Assembly (NCBI GenBank): GCA_965207545.1
Contig: CBDBMS010000003.1
Span: 216,634-280,633, forward strand
Length of the DNA stretch: 64,000 nucleotides
Direction of reading: 5' to 3'
Source of the DNA: Gammaproteobacteria bacterium
Lineage (GTDB): Bacteria > Pseudomonadota > Gammaproteobacteria > Tethybacterales > CBDBMS01
The translations under genes and the position numbers were made by a program. The notes beneath the pieces were generated by a model that saw nothing but the letters and a program-made list of their open reading frames with translations, searched no databases and was not told the origin of the DNA. The number at the start of each line of letters is the position of its first letter. The stretch's first letter is position 1. Shown in pieces: positions 10,313 through 19,000 of this stretch.

Positions 10313-10393
10313 GCCGCTCTCCTGCGGTTCAGGTACCTACCCATCAGGTTCAAGTTTATCCGATTGGAATGTTTAGCCGTAGAATTGTCCCTA

Positions 10394-11434
10394 ATGGACA
10401 GTCGCAAGCTCGCAATCATTGGTGACAATTTCATCACCACGACGTCGTTGAAGAGTCATCTGCAGGCGCTGGGTGCCGACCTCGACATGCGGGAGAAGCA
10501 GTTTCCTTGGCCGGACCAGCCGATGAACTTGGTGGCACAGCACAGCGGTCTCAAGGGCCTGCGCGAGTACATGGGCGATCCGGAGGAGGTGACCGAGTTC
10601 CTTCAGGGCGTTGAGATGCTGGTCAATCACTTGGCGCCGGTTTCGGAGAGCATGCTCTCAAGCCTGCCGGACCTGAGGATGATCGTTGTCACGCGTGGCG
10701 GACCGGTCAACATCGATGCCGCTGCAGTGTCGGCCCGGGGCATACGCCTGGTCAACACGCCGGGCCGGAACGCGTCCGCGGTGGCGGAGTTCACGGTCGG
10801 CATGATGCTTGCGGAGACGCGCCTGATCCGGATCGGCCACGAGAGCCTGCGTTCCGGCAAGTGGCGTGGCGATCTCTACCGCGAGGACAACGCCGGCCGC
10901 GAACTGGGTGAACTGGCTGTCGGAATAGTCGGCTATGGACACGTCGGCACCCGTGTCGTCTCGCTTCTGCTCGCTTTCGGTGCAACGGTTCTGGTTCACG
11001 ATCCGTTCAAGAGTCTCACGGACAGCCATGAGGCGGCCGGCGTTAGGATGGTTGGGCTGGACGAGCTGCTTGGCGCTTCCGACATTGTCAGCATGCATTC
11101 CAGGCTGCAGTCGGACGGCGGCAACGTGTTCGACCGCACGATCTTCGGCAGGATGAAGCACGGCGCCATCTTCGTCAACACCGCACGGGGCGTGATGGTT
11201 GACTACGATGACCTGCATTTGGCGCTTACAGGCGGGATATTGATGTCTGCCGCACTTGACACTTACGACAATGAGCCGCCGGAGGGCTCGCCGATACTGG
11301 ACCTTCCCAACGTCACGCTGACTCCGCATCTTGCCGGTTCGTCGAAGCACACGGTCCAGGAGACTGCTCGCCGTGCCGCTGAGGAGGTGCGCCGTTATCT
11401 TGCCGGCGAGGATCCGCTCAACCCGATTCGCTGA
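10394..11434 (+). CDS. D-isomer-specific 2-hydroxyacid dehydrogenase
   Basis: NTPGRNASAVAE, GIVGYGHVG, VNTARG, AALD and TPHLAG motifs; start set at ATG 10394. Confidence 0.9.
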   Translation: MDSRKLAIIGDNFITTTSLKSHLQALGADLDMREKQFPWPDQPMNLVAQHSGLKGLREYMGDPEEVTEFLQGVEMLVNHLAPVSESMLSSLPDLRMIVVTRGGPVNIDAAAVSARGIRLVNTPGRNASAVAEFTVGMMLAETRLIRIGHESLRSGKWRGDLYREDNAGRELGELAVGIVGYGHVGTRVVSLLLAFGATVLVHDPFKSLTDSHEAAGVRMVGLDELLGASDIVSMHSRLQSDGGNVFDRTIFGRMKHGAIFVNTARGVMVDYDDLHLALTGGILMSAALDTYDNEPPEGSPILDLPNVTLTPHLAGSSKHTVQETARRAAEEVRRYLAGEDPLNPIR

Positions 11435-11525
11435 CTGCGTTCAATGTGTGCGATCAAACCAGATTGAATGCCGGGATATGGCGGAACAAAACAGAGGTTT
11501 GTGATGAGGAAAGCATGTTGCGCCG

Positions 11526-11723
11526 ATCAAAGCCACAGAGCAAACTATTGACACTTAACGCTAGCATGAAAATGTTTTCTCGATATGTTGGGTGGCTGAG
11601 TTTGAAACGTCACTGCGCAAAGAGTGCCAAATGGAGGGAATAGCCAAGGCTAGGGAGAAGGGCGTTTGTAAAGGATGTAAGGTTTCTGTTGATGCGGCGA
11701 AGGTGCGAGAACTATATGGGATG
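11526..11723 (+). pseudogene. Frameshifted serine resolvase/invertase remnant
   Basis: Joining frames gives IKATEQTIDT / NASMKMF / LDMLG / AEFETSLRKECQMEGIAKAREKGVCKGCKVSVDAAKVREL, matching the resolvase E-helix pattern (ATEQPIDT...FLDMLGVFAEFE..LR.ERQ.EGI.KAK..G.YKGR). Confidence 0.75.
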
Positions 11724-11737
11724 CTGAGACATACTTT

Positions 11738-13644
11738 GTTTCAGTTGCTGGGTAGTTGGTTATACTGTTGAACCCCAGTCATTCGTACAGTCCGAACACA
11801 GCAAATGGGGTTTCAGTTGCTGGGTAGTTGGTTATACTGTTGAACCTCAGTACACACATGACTTGACAGTTGACGAGGGTTTCAGTTGCTGGGTAGTTGG
11901 TTATACTGTTGAACCGATGGATCAAATGCCGACAATTTCAATGATTGGACTGTTTCAGTTGCTGGGTAGTTGGTTATACTGTTGAACCAGCCGCCATCGC
12001 GGCGTATGAACAGACATCCATGTGTTTCAGTTGCTGGGTAGTTGGTTATACTGTTGAACCGATTGCAATGATCGAAAACAATGAGAAGCTCCCAGGTTTC
12101 AGTTGCTGGGTAGTTGGTTATACTGTTGAACCTGAAAAATGCGATGTTGAAACGTCGCAAGGGAGTTTCAGTTGCTGGGTAGTTGGTTATACTGTTGAAC
12201 CCGTCATCGACAAAGACGACTTCCACGACCACTTTGTGTTTCAGTTGCTGGGTAGTTGGTTATACTGTTGAACCTTCCACACGCGCCGCCACCCATTTTC
12301 AATCCCAGGTTTCAGTTGCTGGGTAGTTGGTTATACTGTTGAACCGGCCACGGAACCGGCACCTGAAAAACCGGACAGGCGTTTCAGTTGCTGGGTAGTT
12401 GGTTATACTGTTGAACCATCGACGACCGCGAAAGCTTCCGCAAGCCGTGGGGTTTCAGTTGCTGGGTAGTTGGTTATACTGTTGAACCCCAGCGCACTTT
12501 TCCGGGACGGCACCAGACGCGAAGTTTCAGTTGCTGGGTAGTTGGTTATACTGTTGAACCTTGTATGCTGCAGCGATGTTTTTCAGGATGTGTCTTGGTT
12601 TCAGTTGCTGGGTAGTTGGTTATACTGTTGAACCACTGCCAACGGGCGGCCGTCAACCTCGATCTCCAGTTTCAGTTGCTGGGTAGTTGGTTATACTGTT
12701 GAACCCTAACGCACTCCAAAGTCCCTCAGAAGTAACCATCGTTTCAGTTGCTGGGTAGTTGGTTATACTGTTGAACCCGCACGCAGCCCGCCGGGAGCAA
12801 CATACGAGGTCAGCGTTTCAGTTGCTGGGTAGTTGGTTATACTGTTGAACCTTAATTGCGCTCCAGTTGCTGTACTCGGCCATGTGTTTCAGTTGCTGGG
12901 TAGTTGGTTATACTGTTGAACCTTGGCGACCCGTGCTACGTCGTCCAAAGGGATGACGTTTCAGTTGCTGGGTAGTTGGTTATACTGTTGAACCACAACA
13001 TGAAAACACAATGCGTAACGCTCGAACCGTTTCAGTTGCTGGGTAGTTGGTTATACTGTTGAACCGGGCGGCCCCAAACGACTGAACACTTTTGCGGCTG
13101 GGTTTCAGTTGCTGGGTAGTTGGTTATACTGTTGAACCCTGCGTTCTTCCGCGGCGTTCCATTTGAGCGTCCCGTTTCAGTTGCTGGGTAGTTGGTTATA
13201 CTGTTGAACCATCGCCTTGACACTAGGATACCTACGGATTTTCGGAAGTTTCAGTTGCTGGGTAGTTGGTTATACTGTTGAACCAAAGAAAATCCGCCCG
13301 CGCCTCAGAAACAATCTGTCGTTTCAGTTGCTGGGTAGTTGGTTATACTGTTGAACCAACAGTGTCTCGGCCGCGAACAGAAGAAAGTGGTGTTTCAGTT
13401 GCTGGGTAGTTGGTTATACTGTTGAACCCCGTGCAACAAAATCGCGATTATTGCGAAGCGGATGTTTCAGTTGCTGGGTAGTTGGTTATACTGTTGAACC
13501 TCTTCCTCCGGATCAGGAATAACAACAACTACAAAAGTTTCAGTTGCTGGGTAGTTGGTTATACTGTTGAACCGTTGACGCTGGGCTGATTGCCGCCATA
13601 CCCATGGGTTTCAGTTGCTGGGTAGTTGGTTATACTGTTGAACC
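11738..13644 (+). CRISPR. Type II-B CRISPR array: 27 identical 37-nt repeats GTTTCAGTTGCTGGGTAGTTGGTTATACTGTTGAACC and 26 unique spacers of 32-37 nt
   Basis: Counted directly (first repeat 11738-11774, last 13608-13644, mean period ~72 nt). The repeat 5' end GTTTCAGTTGCTG equals the F. novicida type II-B repeat start. crRNA orientation (+) is inferred from pairing with the tracrRNA. Confidence 0.99.
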
Positions 13645-13736
13645 CCCGCTCCCTGCCCCTTGTTATACAAGGAGCGGGAGGGGGGCAGGATGAAGGAATC
13701 TTCGCAAAGGATTGTTTTGCCTGAAAGGCAATTGTT

Positions 13737-13765
13737 TTGCGATGAAATTTTTTTCGTGTTATACT
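13737..13765 (+). promoter_or_regulatory. Sigma70 promoter of the tracrRNA
   Basis: TTGCGA-17 nt-TATACT with an extended -10 TGn; the anti-repeat starts 6 nt downstream. Confidence 0.75.
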
Positions 13766-13770
13766 TATGC

Positions 13771-13892
13771 ACAGTATAACCAATTGCTGATGCACTGTAA
13801 TCAGTAAAACGTATCTTGAACGGACCTCTGCATTGTGCACGTCTGCTCTTGCAGGACAAGGGACAGAAAAGCCACTTTCAAGTGGCTTTTTT
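13771..13892 (+). ncRNA. tracrRNA (type II-B)
   Basis: Starts with ACAGTATAACCAA (13 nt perfectly complementary to the repeat) plus G:U-extended pairing. Continues CTGTAATCA...TTGAACGGACCTCTG...CACGTCTG, closely resembling the F. novicida tracrRNA core, and ends in a GCCAC/GTGGC hairpin with a U-tract. Confidence 0.9.
13867..13892. terminator. Bidirectional intrinsic terminator between tracrRNA and cas4
   Basis: AAAAGCCAC-TTTCAA-GTGGCTTTTTT hairpin with A- and T-tracts on either side, lying between convergent units. Confidence 0.8.
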
Positions 13893-13901
13893 GTTGGCCA
13901 A

Positions 13902-14477
13902 TTACAGGCGGTCATTGCAAAAGTTGACATATTCACAGGCACAACATTGAACAACTGTGGCGCTGGATTCCGGTTTAAATCCGCGATGTAGCATCTGTCT
14001 TATTTCGTGAACAGTTGTCATGACTTCTTGCTGTCTGTCACCAGTCATGTTGATGACGTGCAAAATGTTGCCTTTACCCACCAGAAAGCCAACCGGGCTT
14101 GATTTGGAAAAATGTTTTTCCAACAACATAGCATAGGCCGTCAGTTGCAGGCTATCTCCACGCTTTTTGTTATTTGCCGACAGTTTGAATTCAACGGCAT
14201 AAACCGACTCGCCAGTTTCAATGGCCATATCAACGATGCCATGAATCCCAAGTTCATGGTTCTGCATCGACAAGTTGTGGTATGTCTGCCCCGATTTCAG
14301 TTTGAATCTGGATAGATTACGACGTTGCCACAGTTTTTCTTCCAGTCGATGAAAATTTTCACCCTGTTTAACCCATGAGGGCCGATGGATTGGGGTTTCC
14401 ATCAATTCCATGTAGTACACGACCCTTGGACAGTAACACCATTGGCGAATGAGGTTGACCGGTATGCTAGATAACAA
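13902..14477 (-). CDS. cas4: CRISPR-associated exonuclease Cas4
   Basis: RQWCYCPR, GIVD, VEFK, QLTAYAML and C-terminal C..CEY...C (Fe-S cysteines). TTG start at 14477 with GGAGG, overlapping the cas2 end. Confidence 0.93.
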   Translation of the reverse strand: MLSSIPVNLIRQWCYCPRVVYYMELMETPIHRPSWVKQGENFHRLEEKLWQRRNLSRFKLKSGQTYHNLSMQNHELGIHGIVDMAIETGESVYAVEFKLSANNKKRGDSLQLTAYAMLLEKHFSKSSPVGFLVGKGNILHVINMTGDRQQEVMTTVHEIRQMLHRGFKPESSATVVQCCACEYVNFCNDRL

Positions 14478-14766
14478 GATTTTCCTCCCAGTCCCTGAAA
14501 TCTTCTTCTCTGTGGCCAATAAAGTAGCTTTGTCCCCTGCCGTTGAAATTGGTGTGCGTGATGAGGATCTTATCCGTTTTTTCCAGATCGGCATTCAGAT
14601 AGCGTTTAATGGATTCCAGTTCAGCCAGAGTTAAGTAACCCCAGAATACGGATTTTTGCACGGGTTTAAGCCCATGTTTTCCCAACTCTTTGAAAATTCG
14701 TGTGCGTAGCTTGTTATCTTCCACATCATAGCTAATGAGATATTCCTGACGTAGCGGATAGTTCAT
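14467..14766 (-). CDS. cas2: CRISPR-associated Cas2
   Basis: YLISYDVEDNK.R and GLKPVQKSVF motifs; 99 aa. Confidence 0.95.
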   Translation of the reverse strand: MNYPLRQEYLISYDVEDNKLRTRIFKELGKHGLKPVQKSVFWGYLTLAELESIKRYLNADLEKTDKILITHTNFNGRGQSYFIGHREEDFRDWEENLVI

Positions 14767-14778
14767 GATTTCATCCCG

Positions 14779-15735
14779 TCACCATTTGAACAAATATGGC
14801 TTGTATGCCTTATCGCCATAAAAATGTCCGCATAGGCAGTAAACCTGCCGTTGCATGATGTGTTCAAGTCTGTGTTTCTTTTTGCGGTAGAGATATTTTC
14901 TGGCACAGGTGCGTTGGACTTCGGCAATCAGTGCTTTTTTCAATTCAGTGCCAAGAATTTTTTTGTCTTCGCTACGAGCGCGCAACTTGATAACAGCACG
15001 ATCCACGACCCAGGCGCGGTATTCTTCCATCAGGTCCAGCACCAAGGCCATCTTGCCTGGGCGTTGCCCGTGCATGATGCCAAGATAGGGTTCCAGACCC
15101 GCATTGATGATGGCATTGAGAATATAGTTGCTCAATACCGCATAACCCAGATTGAGCATGGCATTGTTGATCTCCTGGCTGCCTCTGCCTTCGCGCTTGC
15201 TGAAAGAGGAGGAAAACAGTCTTGCTGCCCGAAGTGCCTGGAAATAGGCATTGGCGCTGGCGCCTTCAAAACCCAGCACGGTCTCAATATCCTTGGCCTG
15301 TTTTGCCTTGTCGGTGTTTAACAGTAATTCCCCGGCGGCGGTTTGTAACGCCGGGTGTCGGTGATATTTGTCAAGGTGATTCAAGACTGCGCGCTGATTT
15401 TTGATTTTTGCGATGACAATTTGTTTGGCAAGAGGCAAGGTGCCCCGTTGATAGTATGCCATTTGCGTCATACGCACTGCCACAACGCCATGTTGTGACT
15501 GGCCTAGGATGGCCGAATACGTAACACCGCGAAAATCCAGAAAAAACAGCTTAATGCCACGGCTGCTGAACGCTTCAATCAAGTCACTGGAGACGCTGAC
15601 ACCACGTTTGGCAATGGCAACGGTACAGAGGCGATTAAGCGGGTAATATTGGGTTTTGCCATCCTGCCTGACTGCTAGGCGGTGACTATCCAGCCCCAGA
15701 AAGGCGCCGTAGTCACCGATGACAAGATGTTTCAC
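14779..15735 (-). CDS. cas1: CRISPR-associated integrase Cas1
   Basis: KIKNQ, LGFEGASANAYF, NAMLNLGY, GLEPYLGIMH and DLMEEYR catalytic motifs. Confidence 0.96.
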   Translation of the reverse strand: MKHLVIGDYGAFLGLDSHRLAVRQDGKTQYYPLNRLCTVAIAKRGVSVSSDLIEAFSSRGIKLFFLDFRGVTYSAILGQSQHGVVAVRMTQMAYYQRGTLPLAKQIVIAKIKNQRAVLNHLDKYHRHPALQTAAGELLLNTDKAKQAKDIETVLGFEGASANAYFQALRAARLFSSSFSKREGRGSQEINNAMLNLGYAVLSNYILNAIINAGLEPYLGIMHGQRPGKMALVLDLMEEYRAWVVDRAVIKLRARSEDKKILGTELKKALIAEVQRTCARKYLYRKKKHRLEHIMQRQVYCLCGHFYGDKAYKPYLFKW

Positions 15736-16024
15736 TATATGACTTTGGTTGCAAGTGGAAACCTATCCGGATTTTTAATGATGTCTGCGGATAAATCCAC
15801 ATCAATTTCCAGTCAGTAATAATGCTCCAAGGATGGTTCTCTACGAGGATCGCCTCAATGGGTTGCTTTTTGAACCAGGTAGAAATCTTGATAGGATAGA
15901 AACAATTCTTCATCACGCGTGAGCAACCATATTCCGTGCGGATACATGGGTGACTTCAATTTCCGAAGTGTTGTTCCCAGGCACTAGTGATCTCATGGTA
16001 GCGTTCCCTATGAGGCTTCTCGAC
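15735..16024 (-). pseudogene. Decayed DUF4160 (3' remnant, ~16024-15956) / DUF2442 (15996-15735) toxin-antitoxin-like pair
   Basis: Minus strand: ...ERYHEITSAWEQHFGN* overlapping MRSLVPGNNTSEIEVTHVSA / GIWLLTRDEELFLSYQDF / WFKKQPIEAIL / EPSLEHYY*LEIDVDLSADIIKNPDRFPL. Three frameshifts and a Trp->TGA stop. Confidence 0.75.
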
Positions 16025-16027
16025 ATT

Positions 16028-19000
16028 TCAAGCAGATTCTATCTTGAGAGGAACGCTTCTTTTATATGTTAGTGTTCTCCCATTGAGACCTTTAAGGCAG
16101 TTAAGCCAACATGTTATGAAATGCAATTGACCCTTGTCTTCAGTGGTTTTTTTGTATTGCTTATTCTTCTTATATTTTTTGTTTATGGTTTCCTGACATT
16201 TTTTGAGTTTCTCTTCCGATTCCTTAATATGCATAAAGCCAGACTTATTCTGGAAATATTTTTTACGGTCCTCTTTAATTTTATCTTTTTCATCCTTCTT
16301 ACCAACTTTCAAACCATCAATATGACAACCGTCATACATGAGGTAAAATAAATCTTCCATGGAAGGTGGTTTTTTGAAAGTGATGCGCCATTTCGAATCG
16401 TCTTTGGACATATATTTGTTTTCAATAGATTCAACATTCTTAAATTTATTACAAGGCACTTTTAATGGATACCATTTATCCTCATCAATAAAAGCACCCT
16501 GTTCCAGAAGAACGGTTTTGATTTTGTCCAGTTCTTTCAACAAAACAATATTTCGTGAGCGAAAATAAGGCGTGAGGCTGGGACAGAGTTTTCCCTGCTT
16601 ATTGCGTATTTTATATAAACCTGTACCGGCATTCCCGCTCTTTTCAGATTGGCACTGATAAATGAACTTGTTATTCCATGTTCTTCTCGCAATAAGCATA
16701 AAACTCTGTCCCTCCGATCTTATTGGCAATGAAAATTCTTTTCGTACTCTTTGGTGAGTTTGGTGAGGAAGATGTTTGTTTGCAAGAAAATGTTTTTCCA
16801 AGAAGTCAGAACAGTCACTTCCAGTACGATCCCATTCCTTATTTAATTTTTTCCATGCTCTGGACAAGGAGGGATTCGGAAAGATCGTCTTCAAGTTTTC
16901 TTCCTTATAATTAAAGTCAGGCTTACCTTCTTTAATTAAGTTCTTGCGTTTGGTGAAATACCAAAGTTTTTGGAGCTTTTTATAGGTATCTCTGTCCTTA
17001 TCCTTCCAGTTATTCGGTGTGTTCTTCGTATTAAAGTGTTCAAGCAAGAATTGCGCTACTTTTGTTTTATCAATCTCGTACAGCCGAATAGTAAAATATT
17101 TATTCCCCAACTTTTGGTTTTCAATAATAATCTTTGGCCACTGTTGCTTTTCGTTTTGGTAACCAAACTGATATTTACCTTCGTTTGGACTATAAAGGCT
17201 AACCAGAGATCCTTCTTCTTCTGGAGATAATTTGCTGCCATAGAGATAATGTTTTTTATTTTCATTTCCAGGCTCTTCTATGTCATGCTCCAAACATGAT
17301 TTGAGTGTCTTCAACTCTAAGAAGCCCTTCCAATAATGCTTCTTGTCACCTGAATCTATTTCGATCAATTTGAGAAAATGCCAGGCACGGGGATTTGAAT
17401 CAAACAGAGTTCTGTGTTCAAAAAAGCCTTCTTTCGCTTTTTTTCGTTTCAATTCCTCCCGATTCATCTTCTCTGGTTTAATTTGAATTGAATCGAAGAT
17501 AGTAGTTTTTTGAGATATCTCACCCGTATCTTTATCCACAGGCCAGAGATTGTATGAATCATTAATTTTAAGTTTGAGGCCGCCATCATTTCTGTGAGAA
17601 TCGGCCATTATGGCAAAGGCGAGTTGCGCATCAATCAGATGTGAGTAATGTAGTTGCGTTTTACCTTCTTGTTTGGTGTATTTTAATATCTCATGGCCGA
17701 TTTTTTCATATTTTTTACGTAAATCATGGATGCCGTCGCCTCGCGTATTGGATTGTGCCTCCACACCCAAATAGTCAAACGACAGCAAATGCTGCTTGTC
17801 GATCTTTTTGGCCCTTTTATACAGATTATTGGCCAGCACCTCGGCAAAATGGCGTTGCGTGCCGTTGACCAACGTTCGGTTGCGATTATCAATAGCGCTA
17901 ATGACTTTCTCGCGTAAGTCATGACCCACCAGAAACAAGGCATGACGGAAGGCTTTTTGCTGTTTTGGAGTTAGGTTGATGAAGCTGTGGTACTTCCCGA
18001 ATTTGAAATTTTCTCCTTTTTCGTCATCGATTTCTTTAATGATCCACTGTTCGATTTCCGAGTCGTCTTTGCTTGTCTCGAACTGTTTCTGTTTATATTC
18101 AGGCTTGAGATTTGCCAGTGAAAATATGTCATGTTTTTTGACTTTCTCATTGCCTTCGTCACTTGCCCAGATTAAATTTGCCTCGTCATTCAAAGTACCC
18201 CACTCGGAAGAACGAGGAATAATGTGATCCCAATCACCGTCCTTCCCTAAAGGTTTATCTGTATATGGGCATATACCCAAACTGGCCTCTCTAATGCGTT
18301 TATCCTTGCTGTCGGCAAGATTGTTCTGTCCTTTTTTTTCCGTACCCTTTGGTTTTTTACCCTTAATCTCTTTCAGGCTCGGTTCAAACTCAAAGCGATT
18401 CGATTCGGTGATAATGGGAACTCGAACTTTTCTGTCCGCTTTCAGATTTTTTTCGATCTTTTCCCATTTGTCCTTAGCTATGGCACCACCAACAATCCGT
18501 GCCATGCGCATGACAGCACCATCAATCAGGCGAGTGGGAATAGCGGGAAGGCGTTGGGCTTTGGCATGGCTTTCTGCGATGTTTTTGCTTGTAATCCTCT
18601 GCATACGCTGCGCGTTATCCACACTGCATACGGCACAGGTTTTGGCGTTGCCGCTACGCTCCTTGAATGCCAGATTGTTGATCTGGGCAAGCAGATAAAC
18701 AGCAGTGGCTGGATTTATATCCCAATGTTTGTCATTGTCATACAAAGGCTCAGTAACTTCCTGGCACAGTTTCTTCGCTCTTTTACAAAACTTATAGAGT
18801 TTAAATGCCTTATCTACTTTCGATTTGTTCACGATTTCCTTGATTTCCTTTTCGGATGGCGAATCGCTTTTCCTTTGATGATAAATGAGACCAAATAGCG
18901 TTTGGATATCCAGCTTCAAGCGTCCTCGACGGTTCTTCTGTTCTTTTGCAGCTTGGTCACAATTTGTCTTTAAAGTATCAATGCCCTTAAGCCAGTTGAA

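Noticed and set aside
10273-10334. Short repeats (CCTGCGGTTC twice, 48 nt apart) at the start of the YjgN gene
   Set aside because: Too short and degenerate, and not in the 72-nt spacer-like geometry.
11775-13607. Five of 26 spacers end in GG, suggesting untrimmed NGG PAMs
   Set aside because: Only marginally above chance with this sample size; needs protospacer matches.
11882-13954. ORFs listed within or across the CRISPR array and tracrRNA region (e.g. 11882-12232, 11945-12271, 13032-13223, 13559-13954)
   Set aside because: They are translations of repeats and spacers (recurring FNSITNYPATET), not genes.
15713-15916. 67-aa minus-strand ORF between cas9 and cas1 as a novel cas accessory gene
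   Set aside because: It is a mostly out-of-frame read through the frameshifted DUF2442 pseudogene.
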